Shown in pieces: positions 62,692 through 64,000 of a DNA stretch of 64,000 bases. The notes under the pieces are model-generated. The model was not told the origin of the DNA. It made no database searches and saw only the letters and a list, made by a program, of their open reading frames with translations. Source of the stretch: an uncultured Erysipelotrichaceae bacterium (GTDB lineage: Bacteria > Bacillota_I > Bacilli_A > RFN20 > CAG-826); assembly GCA_902800355.1 (NCBI GenBank), contig CADCEE010000004.1:16175-80174 (forward strand). The letters run 5' to 3'. How positions within the stretch are numbered: the stretch's first letter is position 1; each line of letters opens with the position of its first letter. The translations under genes and the position numbers were made by a program.

Positions 62692-63666
62692 TTAGATCTT
62701 GTCGTTAGAGCCAAGAACTTCAGTGATTTTATGTTTCACTAATTCTTTAACATATTTACGACCATCACCGACATATTGACGTGGGTCAAAGTGATCTGGA
62801 TGTTCTTCGAAGTGTTCTCTAATTCCCGCAGTCATTGCTAAGCGGAGATCACTATCAATATTAATCTTACAAACCGCTAATCTAGCAGCGTGTCTAAGTT
62901 GTTCTTCTGGAACACCAACCGCGTCAACGAGTTTTCCGCCGTGCGCATTAATAATATCAACATATTCTTGGTTAACTGAGCTAGAGCCATGTAAAACAAT
63001 TGGGAATCCAGGAAGTCTTCTAGATACTTCTTCTAAGATATCAAATCTAAGTGGAGGTGGAAGAAGTTTTCCGGTTTTTGGATCTCTAGTACATTGTTCT
63101 GGTTTGAATTTATAAGCTCCGTGAGAAGTACCAATAGCAATAGCTAAGCTATCACAACCAGTTCTTTTAACGAATTCTTCAACGTCTTCTGGCTTGGTGT
63201 AGCTTTCGGCACCATGTTCAACTTTAACATCATCTTCAATACCTGCTAAAGTTCCAAGTTCGGCTTCAACGGTGACATATGGTTTATGGGCGTGAGCGTA
63301 TTCAACAACTTTACGAGTAATAGCGATATTTTCTTCAAATGGTTTACTTGAACAGTCAATCATAACTGAAGTGAAACCACCATCGATACAATCTTTACAA
63401 ATTTCAAAATCGGCGCCGTGGTCTAAATGTAAAACGATTGGTAAGCCTGTATCTTCTACAGCTGCTTCCACCATTTTCTTTAAATAGACAGGTTTAGCAT
63501 ATTTTCTAGCTCCAGCAGAAACTTGTAAGATGACTGGAGAATTACATTCTTTAGCTGCTTCTGTAATGGCTTGAACAATTTCCATGTTGTTGCAGTTAAA
63601 AGCGCCAATGGCATAACCGCCTTTATAGGCCTTTTCAAACATTTCAATAGTGTTAACTAATGGCAT
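62692..63666 (-). CDS. fba: Class II fructose-1,6-bisphosphate aldolase
   Basis: PVILQVS, VLHLDHG, GTSHGAYKF, LHGSSSV motifs; 324 aa. Confidence 0.93.
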   Translation of the reverse strand: MPLVNTIEMFEKAYKGGYAIGAFNCNNMEIVQAITEAAKECNSPVILQVSAGARKYAKPVYLKKMVEAAVEDTGLPIVLHLDHGADFEICKDCIDGGFTSVMIDCSSKPFEENIAITRKVVEYAHAHKPYVTVEAELGTLAGIEDDVKVEHGAESYTKPEDVEEFVKRTGCDSLAIAIGTSHGAYKFKPEQCTRDPKTGKLLPPPLRFDILEEVSRRLPGFPIVLHGSSSVNQEYVDIINAHGGKLVDAVGVPEEQLRHAARLAVCKINIDSDLRLAMTAGIREHFEEHPDHFDPRQYVGDGRKYVKELVKHKITEVLGSNDKI

Positions 63667-63725
63667 AATATTTCCTCTTTTCTTTTGTATTATATAACAA
63701 TTTTAAAATTGTTGTATATAGTTTA

Positions 63726-63953
63726 CTACGCAGAAGTCGTAATAAGTGGTAATAGCATATTAATGAGGTCAATTAATTCATTAATATTTAAACTTCCAAC
63801 AGTTCTTCCTCCATAAGGATTGGTGATTCCATAAATATTATTCTTTAGAACACTATCAAATGGTAATGCCGTAGTAATAAACCCAGCGTCATATAATGAT
63901 TCAAGACTCTCTTTTTTGATATGAGATACCATATTATCAGTAAAATTACTCAT
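63726..63953 (-). CDS. Hypothetical protein (75 aa)
   Basis: ORF only; no recognisable motif and no clear SD. Confidence 0.3.
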   Translation of the reverse strand: MSNFTDNMVSHIKKESLESLYDAGFITTALPFDSVLKNNIYGITNPYGGRTVGSLNINELIDLINMLLPLITTSA

Positions 63954-64000
63954 ATCATTTATTGTATAGGTATATCCTTTTTTTAAGACAAAGAGATGGT

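Noticed and set aside
1-64000. CRISPR arrays, rRNA genes, prophage structural genes, integrases
   Set aside because: None seen. There are no regularly spaced direct repeats, no rRNA-like conserved stretches, and no capsid, terminase or recombinase-like ORFs in the six-frame track.

Overview
Low-GC (roughly 30% by eye) bacterial chromosome segment using the standard genetic code: UGA acts as a stop inside ATGA start/stop overlaps, and Trp is UGG. The gene content is lipoprotein-rich and salvage-oriented. It includes a BMP-type nucleoside ABC importer, deoC, add, a surface endonuclease I, potABCD, feoAAB and a cardiolipin synthase. This points to a reduced-genome Bacillota/Mycoplasmatota-like organism (Erysipelotrichia or Acholeplasma-like); that placement is inference only.

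Most of the window is housekeeping: rpsU, rpmF, mtaB, rsmE, fba, mscL, and tRNA-fMet/Pro/Arg/Cys. Four accessory blocks stand out.

(1) 37.2-49.2 kb is a tightly coupled minus-strand operon. It encodes an Sfp-type PPTase, a 2410-aa bimodular NRPS (C-A-T-C-A-T-R) and a MATE exporter fused to an RsbW-like kinase domain. It also encodes a STAS anti-sigma antagonist and a membrane-sensor PP2C phosphatase fused to a second RsbW-like domain. No sigma factor is present. I rate this candidate partner-switch-gated exporter for a reactive NRPS product as the most novel feature.

(2) 26.8-29.9 kb is a ~3.1 kb islet inserted at the 3' end of tRNA-fMet and bounded by a 12-16 bp direct repeat. It carries a TIR-domain protein with an uncharacterised C-terminal domain, an Abi_2 (AbiD/F-like) protein and an IS3-family transposase.

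(3) 20.9-26.7 kb is a glycan locus (GT2, sulfotransferase-like protein, GT4, Wzx, GT4).

(4) 7.5-12.1 kb is a metal-homeostasis block (feoAAB, DtxR-like repressor, ZIP, HMA protein) with three copies of an AGTTAG-N6-CTAAC(T) operator-like palindrome.

Smaller observations:
- a frameshifted FtsX permease;
- an initiator tRNA with C33 and a bulged T stem;
- a hairpin-dense, GC-enriched intergenic segment with a 21-codon hydrophobic ORF.

All calls come from reading the ORF translations and the DNA by eye. No database search, covariance model or folding program was run.
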